Virus record (IMG/VR): IMGVR_UViG_3300037961_006532
Span: 55,767 to 75,766 of that record
Origin: an uncultured virus (IMG/VR IMGVR_UViG_3300037961_006532)
Lineage: Duplodnaviria > Heunggongvirae > Uroviricota > Caudoviricetes
DNA: 20,000 nucleotides
Direction: 5' to 3' (one strand)
Made by a program: the position numbers and the translations under genes. Shown here piece by piece: positions 1 through 9,286 of this stretch; position 1 is the first letter of the stretch; each line of letters starts with the position of its first letter. The notes under the pieces are model-generated. The model saw only the letters and a program-made list of their open reading frames with translations. It had not been told where the DNA came from and searched no databases.

Positions 1-267
1 AAAAATATCAATGTTAATGACGATAATATTGAAAGTTTAATTAAGTATGTACATTTAAAAATCCAAGAAAAGATTCCATCCAGTGTATTGAATTTAACAT
101 ATAATGTTAACAAAGAAGATTATCATATTATGGATAATGGGCGCGTAATGAAGGGAGCAGTCCATGAAGATGAAACAGATTATTTAAATACAATTGATAT
201 ATCAAATATTGATGTAAATAATATTATCGAACAAAATAATACAACAGATAGTGGGGGAGGTTATTAA
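1..267 (+). CDS. 3' end of a hypothetical (probably virion) protein, truncated by the window edge
   Basis: Frame 1 is open from base 1 (KNINVNDDNIESLIKYVHLK...DSGGGY) to TAA at 265-267, which overlaps the next ATG (TAATG coupling). Confidence 0.8.
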   Translation, partial: KNINVNDDNIESLIKYVHLKIQEKIPSSVLNLTYNVNKEDYHIMDNGRVMKGAVHEDETDYLNTIDISNIDVNNIIEQNNTTDSGGGY

Positions 268-2708
268 TGAGTTATCATAATACAGGTTCCGGATATTCTA
301 ACCAATCAAGAAATAATAATGCTAACTTAGCTAGCAATCAAGAGATTGAAGATATTTTTAAAGCATCTACTATTGTCTCTTCTTTATGTAATAGAATTGT
401 TTATAATAAAAGATTTTATTATACTGACGGTTTTGATTTTTTATTTGAAGGACGTAACTATATAGGATATGTAAACATAGATGAAAATAATCAAGCTTGG
501 AAGTCAAAATACGATCAAATTTTTAAAGTACTGCCATTAGAAAATACCTTTAACGATAATATATTTGACGGTAAATATTATGATACAACTATATTTTCTG
601 ATTTAGTTTTTGATTTTACATTAGACGATATTCTTTTTAAACCTAATGAATTAATAAACAAAAATTCAATAAATTATAAATTAGATAAATTATATGACAA
701 TTTTCTAAAAATTTATAATTTTTGTAATATGAGTGACCCTCTATTGCCAGACAATTTTCCAGCTTATGTTGCTTTATCATCAAATGCTTCATTTAAATCA
801 CCTAAAGAAGAGCCAGTCTTTAATCCAGGGGGAGCTGATAACAATACATTCTTTAAAGTAATAAGTACATCAGAACAGTTTTTATCAGCTGGTTCATTAG
901 ATACTAATGTTTATCCTCCATTGTCGGTTTTTGATGTTAGATTTACACATGCAGAAAATACTAGTATCGAATTTCTGAAAAGTGAAAAAGATAATAGTTT
1001 ATATACTATGTTTATGACTATCAGTTCGGTTATATATGCATTTAAATTAGATGATGATCATACAACATTTACTCAAATAGCTAGTACTCTTAACGTTGGA
1101 GGAGCTGCTAATCAAATTACTTTTGATAATATTACAAGTCTAACAACGGACGGAAAAGATATGCTTTATGTAAATGATAATAGTAAAAATCAAATCCATA
1201 AATTATATGTAGGTACTATTATTAATGAAGATAGAACAGGGGTAAGAGATTTTCAACATATTGATACAATTGGATCTCCAGGTAAATATAACACTAATTT
1301 AAATTCAAATGAAGCAATAGTTTATGGAGATGATAGTGTTTATGTTTATAAACCTGATTCTTATAGTATAAGAAAATTTACTAAAGATTTTAAATTTGTT
1401 ACTGAATATTTTAATGAAAGATTCTTTAAGAATAATACTTTTAGAAATATGTCCTATAACAAATATCATAATGAAATTTGGGTTGTAACTGAAAACTTCC
1501 AAGTTTTAATATTAGATGGACCGTCGTTAACAAGATTAGATCAATTTGAATTTAACTCTAATAAGTTTGCATATACTATACCATTGATACCTAACTTTAA
1601 AGAGACACCTAGAAAGATTGAATTTTCTTCGAATAATAGTAACATATATTATTTAGTTACTAATAAAAACGTATACAAATATTATATCAATAAGCAAAGT
1701 GAATTAATTAATAAATTTACTATTGATTTTTCATTTGATGATCCTTACCTATGGAATACAATTTTCGATAGATGGGGATTAAGTGCTAACTTTCCTCTTT
1801 CTGCTGGTGATGGTATAACGTCTGACGATGCTAGAATAGGTAATCAATACCCAGGTGGTAGAATTGCAACTGCAGATACATTTACAGGTGCCGGGGGACG
1901 TACTCCAGGATTTTACTTTAATCAAACAGGTACAACTGATAGCGTTGATGCTAATGTACATGTTGGTACTTTTAAGATACATGTTAATCCATCCGGAACT
2001 ATATCTGCAGTAGATACATTTGCATATGGTGCTAATAATAAAGTTGGAGATGTTATAACCGTGCCTGATACTACTATTGGAGGGTCAGGAAACTTTACCT
2101 TTAGAGTTGCTTCTAAAGCTGACCCTGTTGAATATTACACAGCTTTAGAAGGTACGCAATTATATTGGGATCAATTGCCTAATTATGATAGATTCTTCTT
2201 TGTTAACAATCCTATAGTTAGTGTTAATGACGATATTAATAATAAAGAAACTTTATTAGTATTAGGTAATACAAGATTATTTAAATTTGTTGAAAAGAAT
2301 GATAATGCTTCTTTGTTATCTGATAAGTATCCTAACTTTTATAAGAAGAGTGAGATATTTTTAGATAAAGAATTATTCAATAATATTACATTTAACTTAG
2401 CAGTATATAAACATATAACTAATTTAAATATTTTACTCCAAAATTTAAACAAAAAAGCAACAGCAAGATTTGATCAAAGTGAATATTTATTTTTTGATGA
2501 TTTTAGTGAAATAAGTTATGACGCAAAGCAAAAATTTACTATTAAAGACCCAAGACAATTTTTTGTAGGCGTTAATGAAGTATTAACAGGTAATGTATTG
2601 AACAGGGTCATATCTAATTTATACAACTACCAGGAAGGAATATTAAAATTAACAGAGGTAGAAAGGATAGGTCTCCGAATACCTCCTTTATCTACTGTGT
2701 TTATTTAA
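267..2708 (+). CDS. Large putative virion structural protein (813 aa)
   Basis: Long N/D/F/T-rich ORF coupled to the upstream gene and directly upstream of the fibre genes. It has a beta-rich central part and a Gly/Thr-rich module (…YGANNKVGDVITVPDTTIGGSGNFTFRV) typical of phage fibre/baseplate proteins. The function is inferred from composition and context. Confidence 0.6.
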   Translation: MSYHNTGSGYSNQSRNNNANLASNQEIEDIFKASTIVSSLCNRIVYNKRFYYTDGFDFLFEGRNYIGYVNIDENNQAWKSKYDQIFKVLPLENTFNDNIFDGKYYDTTIFSDLVFDFTLDDILFKPNELINKNSINYKLDKLYDNFLKIYNFCNMSDPLLPDNFPAYVALSSNASFKSPKEEPVFNPGGADNNTFFKVISTSEQFLSAGSLDTNVYPPLSVFDVRFTHAENTSIEFLKSEKDNSLYTMFMTISSVIYAFKLDDDHTTFTQIASTLNVGGAANQITFDNITSLTTDGKDMLYVNDNSKNQIHKLYVGTIINEDRTGVRDFQHIDTIGSPGKYNTNLNSNEAIVYGDDSVYVYKPDSYSIRKFTKDFKFVTEYFNERFFKNNTFRNMSYNKYHNEIWVVTENFQVLILDGPSLTRLDQFEFNSNKFAYTIPLIPNFKETPRKIEFSSNNSNIYYLVTNKNVYKYYINKQSELINKFTIDFSFDDPYLWNTIFDRWGLSANFPLSAGDGITSDDARIGNQYPGGRIATADTFTGAGGRTPGFYFNQTGTTDSVDANVHVGTFKIHVNPSGTISAVDTFAYGANNKVGDVITVPDTTIGGSGNFTFRVASKADPVEYYTALEGTQLYWDQLPNYDRFFFVNNPIVSVNDDINNKETLLVLGNTRLFKFVEKNDNASLLSDKYPNFYKKSEIFLDKELFNNITFNLAVYKHITNLNILLQNLNKKATARFDQSEYLFFDDFSEISYDAKQKFTIKDPRQFFVGVNEVLTGNVLNRVISNLYNYQEGILKLTEVERIGLRIPPLSTVFI

Positions 2709-2714
2709 TAAATA
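2709..2714 (+). promoter_or_regulatory. Late-type promoter TAAATA (TAAATA-N5-ATG)
   Basis: TAAATAttattATG with the ATG at 2720 and no SD. It resembles the core of the T4 late promoter TATAAATA. Confidence 0.7.
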
Positions 2715-2719
2715 TTATT

Positions 2720-3562
2720 ATGCCAGATTACGAATCATATAGAGGTAAAGCAATTGCATTAACGTTTACCAGTGTATTTAAGACAGGAGACAATAAAGAG
2801 TTACCTTTTAATACGTCTAACAGAGATGAGCCTGCGGTTTTTTCTCAAGGGGCTTTAAGATCAGTAGAGCCTAATGCATTAGCAACTATAACCGATGGAG
2901 GAGGGGTTCCGTCTTCCTTAGCTATAGGTCAACAACATGCTGGGGTTAAAATTTTCGGTCCTACCCATATTTGTAATATAGGTACACCTTTAGGTGAACC
3001 AGGTACCGGTTGCACATATCTATGCGTTGATGGAGGTAAAGCTGTATTTACTAACAATATATCTGTTGGAGGTAATGCTGATGTAACTGGTGATATTACT
3101 GTAAATGATATCACTGCATCTGGTTGTATAATTGGTGCTAATATATGCTCAACAGCTACTATATGCGCTGATACAACCATACAAGCAACAGGTAATATTA
3201 CCTCAGGTTCAACAATACAAGGAGTTAATTTATGTGCAACAGGCACTATACAATCAAATGGAGATATTATTGCATTTGCATCATCTGATAAAAACCTTAA
3301 AAGTAATATTAAAAAGATTCAAAATAGTAATAATATTCTTAAAGGTATTAATGGATACACATTTGATTGGAACGAAGAAGCAGAAAGATCCGGAAGTGAT
3401 TACGGGGTTATAGCTCAAGAAATTCAAGAAGTTGTACCTGAAATAGTTGTTGAAAGATCTAACGGAACTCTTGCAGTTGATTATCAAAAACTTATTCCGA
3501 TTTTAATTGAAGAAGTTAAGAGCTTAAATAATAGAATAGAAGTATTGGAGGGTAAAAAATAA
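2720..3562 (+). CDS. Tail fibre/spike protein with C-terminal intramolecular chaperone (peptidase S74)
   Basis: Beta-strand G/T/I repeats, then GDIIAFASSDKNLKSNI…YTFDW…GVIAQEIQEVVPEIV…VDYQKLIPILIEEVKSL and a terminal coiled coil. This is the S74 signature, including the SD-x-x-x-K autocleavage motif. Confidence 0.88.
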   Translation: MPDYESYRGKAIALTFTSVFKTGDNKELPFNTSNRDEPAVFSQGALRSVEPNALATITDGGGVPSSLAIGQQHAGVKIFGPTHICNIGTPLGEPGTGCTYLCVDGGKAVFTNNISVGGNADVTGDITVNDITASGCIIGANICSTATICADTTIQATGNITSGSTIQGVNLCATGTIQSNGDIIAFASSDKNLKSNIKKIQNSNNILKGINGYTFDWNEEAERSGSDYGVIAQEIQEVVPEIVVERSNGTLAVDYQKLIPILIEEVKSLNNRIEVLEGKK

Positions 3563-4464
3563 TGGCCACTTTAGCAGGTAAAGATATAAATCAATCCTAT
3601 CAAGGTTTAGTTAAAGCTATTGACAATAATGCATTTACTGGTAAAGTTGACTTAACTGATGGTACAGGTGGAGCTCTTTCATTACAGTTAGGTAGAAAAG
3701 ATTTAAATAACGGCGCTTCAGTTACTGGTAGTTTAGACACAACTGGATCAGTTACAGTAGGTACTAATTTAATAGTTAACAATACTTCGACACATACAGG
3801 TGATATTAATGCAGTAAGCGATATACATGTATCTAATGATTTAACAATAGCAGGTAATCTTACTGCTAACTCTCCTACCTTCTTAGGTGATATGGTATTT
3901 AGAGGGCCAACCACATTATATAATACTTTGAGTGTAGTAGGTTCAACAACGTTAAGTGGATCGTTAAGTGTTGGTGGAGGTTTTGATGCATCTATTACTG
4001 GTAATCTATCATGTGATGGTGATATTATAGCATTTGCTTCATCAGATAAAAGACTTAAAGAAAATATACAACCATTAGATTCTAAGATTTATTTTGATGA
4101 GCTTAAAGCTTATACATTTGATTGGAAAGAAGAAGCTCCATTAGCTGGAGAAGGTAAAGGATTTATTGCTCAAGAAGTTGAAAAGGTCGATCCAACATTA
4201 ATAAAATTAAGCCCTTCTAATCATTTACAAGTCAATTATATAAGTTTTATTCCTATACTGTTTAATGAAGTTCAAAGTCTTAAAAAAGAAATTGAAGAAT
4301 TAAAAAATGGAAATATTATTCAGGAGAACACTCCTAACAATGAAATTGAATTATTAAAGGAAGAAATATCTAATTTGAGTACTGAGTTAAAAGCATTAAA
4401 ATTATGTTGTTATCCAGTATATCAACCAACTAAGAAGAGAGTTAATAGTAAGAAAAAATCTTAA
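3562..4464 (+). CDS. Second tail fibre/spike protein with peptidase S74 chaperone (paralog)
   Basis: GDIIAFASSDKRLKENI…YTFDW…GFIAQEVEKVDP…VNYISFIPILFNEVQSL. It is coupled to the upstream gene by TAATG and has an extra C-terminal coiled coil. Confidence 0.88.
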   Translation: MATLAGKDINQSYQGLVKAIDNNAFTGKVDLTDGTGGALSLQLGRKDLNNGASVTGSLDTTGSVTVGTNLIVNNTSTHTGDINAVSDIHVSNDLTIAGNLTANSPTFLGDMVFRGPTTLYNTLSVVGSTTLSGSLSVGGGFDASITGNLSCDGDIIAFASSDKRLKENIQPLDSKIYFDELKAYTFDWKEEAPLAGEGKGFIAQEVEKVDPTLIKLSPSNHLQVNYISFIPILFNEVQSLKKEIEELKNGNIIQENTPNNEIELLKEEISNLSTELKALKLCCYPVYQPTKKRVNSKKKS

Positions 4465-5822
4465 CCTAAATTTAAACTTATATCTTTAATACCCTGACCA
4501 ACATAATAAGCTGTCTTCATTTGCCTAATAAAAACATTACTACCAGCAATATCAGCTACGTTAAAAGATATAGGTGGTTTTTTGAAATCAAACGTAGTTT
4601 CAGTAAAGTTAAATCCTTTCATAGCATATCCTAATGCTGTATCTTTTAGATCATCAGGTGCATGTGTTGCAGTACCAATACTGGTCGAGATTATTGAAAA
4701 GAATGGGTATGATTGTTCTAAACTTAACCCTGAAGTTCTAGTAAATCTAATAGTCTCTGAATCTACTTCAGTTAAAGAACCGGCTAATATACCCTCTCCA
4801 TCTGCTGGATGGTAGAATGTTTGATCAGTAATGTCAATATTACCATCAAAAGCGTTTAAGTTTCCACTATATGCAAAACCAATTCTTCCATATCTAGGAA
4901 ATTTATTTAAGTAAGTTTCTGATGCACCTCTACTATTCAAATCAATAGTTGAAAGAGATGCTAAATTAATATACTCTCCTCCGCTAAGTAAATCTACTCT
5001 TACGTTAGTTAAAAATGCAGAGAATTTAATTCTAAAGCTTAAACCTTGACTAAAATAAGCAGCACTTGTGTTAGGCGTGTATGTTACTTTACCAGGTACT
5101 TGAGAATAACCTGTAGATAATATAGGTAAAGAAGCAGTAGTATTACAATGTGTAGCAACTGAAAATGGTTCATCTCTACCTCTTGCTTTAGAACTTAAAG
5201 AGTCAGTTAAGATTCTATTTGTAATAGAATAAGGGGTTAAATAATCATTACCTCCGCTAGTAAAAGCAAAACCTTTTAATCCATATCCTCCTCTACCATC
5301 AATAGCAACTGAGGCAATATGATTTAAATAAGGCCTAACTCTTGTCTTACTAGGATCATAAGTATGTGTAAGTGTTTGGTAATTAGTAGTTGGATCATTA
5401 TAAGTATTATTAGTAAACCCATCACCCCAGAATACTGGTAAAAATTTAGCTCTAGGCAATCCACTAACAGAAACTAAAGTAGTAACCGATGTTGGGTCTG
5501 AAAACTGCCATAGTAAAGGTGTACCTGCTCCTCCAAAAGGAGATAAAGCAACGTTATCATCTAACCCATTTATGTTAGGCAATATACCTAAACCGTAACC
5601 TGAAGTCATAGCAGCGAATGAATCTCTAACAAACTCATTACTATCATACATATCAGTATCAGATATAAAAATAGCGATTCCTTCTGCACTAGTAATAGGA
5701 CCAGCTGTAGTAAATGATATATAATTATCTTTATATAAATCTAAGTTATTAGATTTAAAATACACCTTACTAGTCTTTTCTGATGCAGATAATGGTACTG
5801 TCCATCCTTCGGTTACGCTCAT
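4461..5822 (-). CDS. Putative virion protein, possibly with an L-type lectin/ConA-like fold (453 aa)
   Basis: S/T/G-rich ORF with a TAAATA-N5-ATG start. The segments SAEGIAIFISD, GYGLG and VAID loosely resemble legume-lectin-like motifs (weak). Confidence 0.5.
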   Translation of the reverse strand: MSVTEGWTVPLSASEKTSKVYFKSNNLDLYKDNYISFTTAGPITSAEGIAIFISDTDMYDSNEFVRDSFAAMTSGYGLGILPNINGLDDNVALSPFGGAGTPLLWQFSDPTSVTTLVSVSGLPRAKFLPVFWGDGFTNNTYNDPTTNYQTLTHTYDPSKTRVRPYLNHIASVAIDGRGGYGLKGFAFTSGGNDYLTPYSITNRILTDSLSSKARGRDEPFSVATHCNTTASLPILSTGYSQVPGKVTYTPNTSAAYFSQGLSFRIKFSAFLTNVRVDLLSGGEYINLASLSTIDLNSRGASETYLNKFPRYGRIGFAYSGNLNAFDGNIDITDQTFYHPADGEGILAGSLTEVDSETIRFTRTSGLSLEQSYPFFSIISTSIGTATHAPDDLKDTALGYAMKGFNFTETTFDFKKPPISFNVADIAGSNVFIRQMKTAYYVGQGIKDISLNLG

Positions 5823-5827
5823 ATTAA

Positions 5828-5833
5828 TATTTA
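5828..5833 (-). promoter_or_regulatory. Late-type promoter TAAATA-N5-ATG
   Basis: The minus strand reads TAAATAttaatATG (ATG at 5822). Confidence 0.7.
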
Positions 5834-5845
5834 TCTTATATATTG

Positions 5846-5873
5846 TTGATTACAATTATTACTACTATATAAT
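5846..5873 (+). promoter_or_regulatory. Sigma70-like promoter, probably leaderless transcript
   Basis: TTGATT (5846-5851), 16-nt spacer, TATAAT (5868-5873), then 6 nt to the ATG at 5880. Confidence 0.55.
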
Positions 5874-5879
5874 AATATA

Positions 5880-6089
5880 ATGATTAACAAGTTTAATGAT
5901 ATTATGTATAGTACTTTGCATTGGTCATTACCAAAATATCACGGTAGTATAAATGATATATTTCAAGATATACAAACTAAGAAATTAGAAGATGATTATG
6001 TAAAGTTTTATGAAAAATTTTCTGAAAATATAATGCCATACGATATACTAGTTGAGTATAAAAATAAAAAATTTAAATATAATAAATGA
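5880..6089 (+). CDS. Hypothetical protein (69 aa)
   Basis: ORF with a promoter immediately upstream; ATGA overlap with the next gene. Confidence 0.7.
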   Translation: MINKFNDIMYSTLHWSLPKYHGSINDIFQDIQTKKLEDDYVKFYEKFSENIMPYDILVEYKNKKFKYNK

Positions 6090-6997
6090 AAAAAGATAAC
6101 TACGTAATTTTTAATCCTGAAGGCGGATTAGGTAAAATAATTGCATCGACAGCGCTAATAAAATATATACATAAAAAGTATCCTGACCATAAGATCATAG
6201 TTGTTACGCCTTGGGCAGAAATATATTTAAATAACCCTAATATATATAGAGCATATAAAAATTTTAGTACACCTTATTTTTATAAAGATTATATAGAAGG
6301 AAGAGACTCAGTAGTTTTGAAAGGTGAACCGTATTTTCAAAATGGTCACATTTATCAAAGAAATCATTTAATACAATCATGGTGTGACTTATTTAACTTA
6401 GACTATGATGGTGAAGAACCTAAACCAGAGTTATTTTTTAATCAAGTTGAATTTGATGAGTATGCTAAAAACTTTACTTCATTCGATAAACCTGTTTTAC
6501 TATTTCAAACTAATGGCGGTCCATATGAAGATGAAAGAGGCTATTGCTGGACTAGAGACTTTCCTTTAAATCAAGCTCAAATATTAACTGATGAGTTATG
6601 TAAAGGTTATTCAGTAGTACAAGTAGCTAAAAAGAATGCTCCTAGATTACAAAATGCAACTTATATTGATGATGTCCCTAATAAAAGAACTTTTATTGCA
6701 ATGTTAGCTAGATCTCAAAAACGAATATTAATCGATAGTTGTTTGCAACATGCAGCAGCAGCATTTAACTTACCATCAACTGTATGTTGGGTAGGTACTA
6801 AACCTGAAGTTTTTGGATATAAGTTGCATAATAATATAGTACCTAACTTACCTAAACTAGAACATGGAACTTTAGGAGTTGATAATCAATTTTTTGATTC
6901 AGATTTTAATGGACCTGAACATGAGTTTCCATATCCGTCAACAGATATATTTCCCCTACAAGATATATTTGATTCAATAGTTAAAGAAGAAAATTAA
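6086..6997 (+). CDS. GT9-like (heptosyltransferase-type, GT-B fold) glycosyltransferase
   Basis: N-terminal GGLGKIIASTALIKYIHKKYPDHKIIV and C-terminal IDSCLQHAAAAFNLPSTVCW match the GT9 patterns G(D)xx…P and DSGxxHLAAAxxxPxV. TAAATA at 6074-6079 lies 6 nt before the ATG. Confidence 0.8.
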   Translation: MKKDNYVIFNPEGGLGKIIASTALIKYIHKKYPDHKIIVVTPWAEIYLNNPNIYRAYKNFSTPYFYKDYIEGRDSVVLKGEPYFQNGHIYQRNHLIQSWCDLFNLDYDGEEPKPELFFNQVEFDEYAKNFTSFDKPVLLFQTNGGPYEDERGYCWTRDFPLNQAQILTDELCKGYSVVQVAKKNAPRLQNATYIDDVPNKRTFIAMLARSQKRILIDSCLQHAAAAFNLPSTVCWVGTKPEVFGYKLHNNIVPNLPKLEHGTLGVDNQFFDSDFNGPEHEFPYPSTDIFPLQDIFDSIVKEEN

Positions 6998-8589
6998 CAG
7001 CCATTATTACTGCACATAGTTCCTTCTACTTTCCCTCTAGTACAAATAAGACCGTCTTGATATCTAACAGCTCTGCAACAAGTACGATTGCTGCTACACC
7101 AATCAAAAAATGCAGTAGTAGGTAATTTTATACACCAACCACATCCACCTGGAGGAGGGCAAACTAATTTAAAGTAAGCTGCTCCAACGCTTGTACCACA
7201 TTGACCAGCTGGAGATGCAACAGTAGATGTAGCATAACAATTTCCAACTCCACCTTTCCATCTATAATTGTTATTAGCAAAAGAACAACTACAATTAACA
7301 TTTAAGTATGCTGGGGCAAAATTACCTTCAAAATTTATACACCCATTTTGAATATTACATCTTACTGCAGTATAACAAATACCAGATAATAAATTTAAAA
7401 CCTGTATACCGTTCATGTAATTAAATCCAAAATCATAACCTGTTACAGCTGGGCCTCCAGTCCACATATGACCACTTAAAGGGTCTCCTGCTATACCTAT
7501 ATTACAGCAATAACCAAATAAAGACCCACCGGGTCTAGAATTATTACATCTCTTTCTTTGAAAGTTTCTTAATCCAAAGAAATGCATATTAGGAGGACCT
7601 CCATATGCTCCTATATTAGGTATCATATTAGCACACTCTTGACCTTTTGTTTTACATGAAAAGCTACAACCTTCAAAAAAGATATGCTGCATGCCATTAT
7701 TTTTACAAATACTGGCGGTAGTTCCTGGTGGGTGGGTGGGAGAACTACCTAAATAAAACTTCTCCATTGCTGATAAACCATATCTAACGCAATTAGTATT
7801 ACTATCCATAGGACAATAGCCTGGAGCATTAGTTACAAAACTTAAAGTTTGTGCATCGTTTCGATTTATTCTTCCTGATAATTCAACTCCGAACAAATTT
7901 ACAACTTTTAAACATGTACTTGGACCGACACAATCACCTGCTGTACTTCCGCAGCTAGTTTTAAAATTAGCTTGCATTGGAGTGAAGTCTGCAGACATAC
8001 TTGGTACGTGATTAGCTCCACATCCTCCAAAAAATGTACCGTTACTATTAAATGTTTGTAAAAATCTCATATTAACAGGAAATGCAGACATCATTCCAGA
8101 TAAAAATGGATTGCCTGATGCAAATAATGACCTTATATTAGGAGGAAAAGCACCAAAATTTGATCCTGATATACTATTATTTGCAGTAGGTTGATATCCA
8201 GCGCCATCATAATTAGGTTTGCAAGTATTTTGGTTTATGTTTATAGTTTTTACAGTAGACGGCATATTATCAGCATTAACACCTGTATTAATACCGTGAG
8301 AGAAATTATAATATTGACCTTTTATAAGATTAGAACTAATTTGTAAGCACTGAAAGTTTGGTTTATTACCAAGAAAAGGCAAGCATTGTGTTAAACAATT
8401 CTTTTTAAAATCAACTGCAGTTAGAGTCGTATTATTAGTTAACCCATCTACACAATTTATATTGTTTTCTCCTAATTTTAAATTTTCTAATATAGGAAAG
8501 TCATTTACAGTAACGCATCCTCCTAGTTTAGGATTAGAGCAACCTATTTGTATAGTTCTAACTTCAGGTGTACCTATTCTTAATTCCAT
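6994..8589 (-). CDS. Cysteine-rich protein with N-terminal leucine-rich-repeat-like region (531 aa)
   Basis: LENLKLGENNI, LTAVDFKKNCL and FQCLQISSNLI fit the LRR pattern LxxLxLxxNxL. I count 36 Cys (about 7%). TAAATA-N5-ATG start. Confidence 0.65.
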   Translation of the reverse strand: MELRIGTPEVRTIQIGCSNPKLGGCVTVNDFPILENLKLGENNINCVDGLTNNTTLTAVDFKKNCLTQCLPFLGNKPNFQCLQISSNLIKGQYYNFSHGINTGVNADNMPSTVKTININQNTCKPNYDGAGYQPTANNSISGSNFGAFPPNIRSLFASGNPFLSGMMSAFPVNMRFLQTFNSNGTFFGGCGANHVPSMSADFTPMQANFKTSCGSTAGDCVGPSTCLKVVNLFGVELSGRINRNDAQTLSFVTNAPGYCPMDSNTNCVRYGLSAMEKFYLGSSPTHPPGTTASICKNNGMQHIFFEGCSFSCKTKGQECANMIPNIGAYGGPPNMHFFGLRNFQRKRCNNSRPGGSLFGYCCNIGIAGDPLSGHMWTGGPAVTGYDFGFNYMNGIQVLNLLSGICYTAVRCNIQNGCINFEGNFAPAYLNVNCSCSFANNNYRWKGGVGNCYATSTVASPAGQCGTSVGAAYFKLVCPPPGGCGWCIKLPTTAFFDWCSSNRTCCRAVRYQDGLICTRGKVEGTMCSNNGC

Positions 8590-8594
8590 AATAT

Positions 8595-8600
8595 TATTTA
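8595..8600 (-). promoter_or_regulatory. Late-type promoter TAAATA-N5-ATG
   Basis: The minus strand reads TAAATAatattATG (ATG at 8589). It overlaps the stop codon of the upstream gene. Confidence 0.7.
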
Positions 8601-8840
8601 ATCTTTTAAATCATCTACGTCAATAACGACTATCTGACTTATAACAACTGTCACTACTCCTTTTTTTAACCTTTTTACAAATAATATACTAGAATCGTAA
8701 TTATTCTTTGCTTCTCTTATAACTTCGTCGAAATAATCTTCATGCACCTCTAAGAGAATTGATTCTCTCTCATAGTCAACGTATATAGTATTTGTAAATT
8801 CTTCTAATCTACATTTAATAGAAGTAAGAAGATCGTTCAT
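8598..8840 (-). CDS. Hypothetical protein (80 aa; start revised from 8858 to 8840)
   Basis: The ATG at 8840 (MNDLLTSIK…) sits exactly 5 nt after TAAATA (8846-8851), as in the other late genes. Confidence 0.7.
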   Translation of the reverse strand: MNDLLTSIKCRLEEFTNTIYVDYERESILLEVHEDYFDEVIREAKNNYDSSILFVKRLKKGVVTVVISQIVVIDVDDLKD

Positions 8841-8845
8841 TAAAA

Positions 8846-8851
8846 TATTTA
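8846..8851 (-). promoter_or_regulatory. Late-type promoter TAAATA-N5-ATG
   Basis: The minus strand reads TAAATAttttaATG. Confidence 0.65.
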
Positions 8852-8867
8852 GGAACATATATATAAT
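8852..8867 (+). promoter_or_regulatory. GGAAC-N4-ATATAAT promoter, copy 1
   Basis: GGAACatatATATAAT; ATG 5 nt downstream at 8873. Confidence 0.75.
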
Positions 8868-8872
8868 ATAGC

Positions 8873-9286
8873 ATGGCTAGAAAGAAAAAATTATATAATT
8901 ATTCATTTGTAGATTGTAATAAATCTATACCAAGTTCATTATTCGTTAAATGTACCGAAACTGGTGAGAAGGTAAAGATGTATCATAAACAATTAGTAAA
9001 GTTAATTGAAACAAAATATAGTAATAACTGGAAGCTATTTCAAGCTACTTACATTAAGAAAGGAAATAAAATTAACTACAATCAAATCGATGATTATGAT
9101 ATAAGACCAGAAGGTTATAGGAAATATTTGGTAACTGCTTATGTAGCAGCTAAAAAAGACGACAGACTATCTGACTTAGATAAGCGTAATAAATTAGCTT
9201 TCTTAGAAGATTGCTATCAAAAGAGATGGTCTGATTCTCTGGAAGATAGAGTTCGTAGTTGGAACTCTGATATAATAGAGGTATGA
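8873..9286 (+). CDS. Hypothetical basic protein (137 aa)
   Basis: ORF directly behind the GGAAC promoter; no recognisable family. Confidence 0.8.
   Translation: MARKKKLYNYSFVDCNKSIPSSLFVKCTETGEKVKMYHKQLVKLIETKYSNNWKLFQATYIKKGNKINYNQIDDYDIRPEGYRKYLVTAYVAAKKDDRLSDLDKRNKLAFLEDCYQKRWSDSLEDRVRSWNSDIIEV
9261..9276 (+). promoter_or_regulatory. GGAAC-N4-ATATAAT promoter, copy 2
   Basis: GGAACtctgATATAAT inside the 3' end of the upstream CDS; ATG 6 nt downstream at 9283. Confidence 0.75.

Noticed and set aside
3262..4070. Similar DNA at the two GDIIAFASSDK junctions as a possible DGR template/variable repeat
   Set aside because: The differences are mostly synonymous and not adenine-specific, both copies are coding, and no reverse transcriptase is present in the window. 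It is ordinary paralogy.
1305..4815. Short ORFs 1305-1502, 1779-1982, 2929-3246, 3132-3413, 3281-3487, 3600-3914 and 4582-4815
   Set aside because: They are fully nested in long, well-supported genes, lack promoter or RBS signals, and are explained by codon bias of the real strand.
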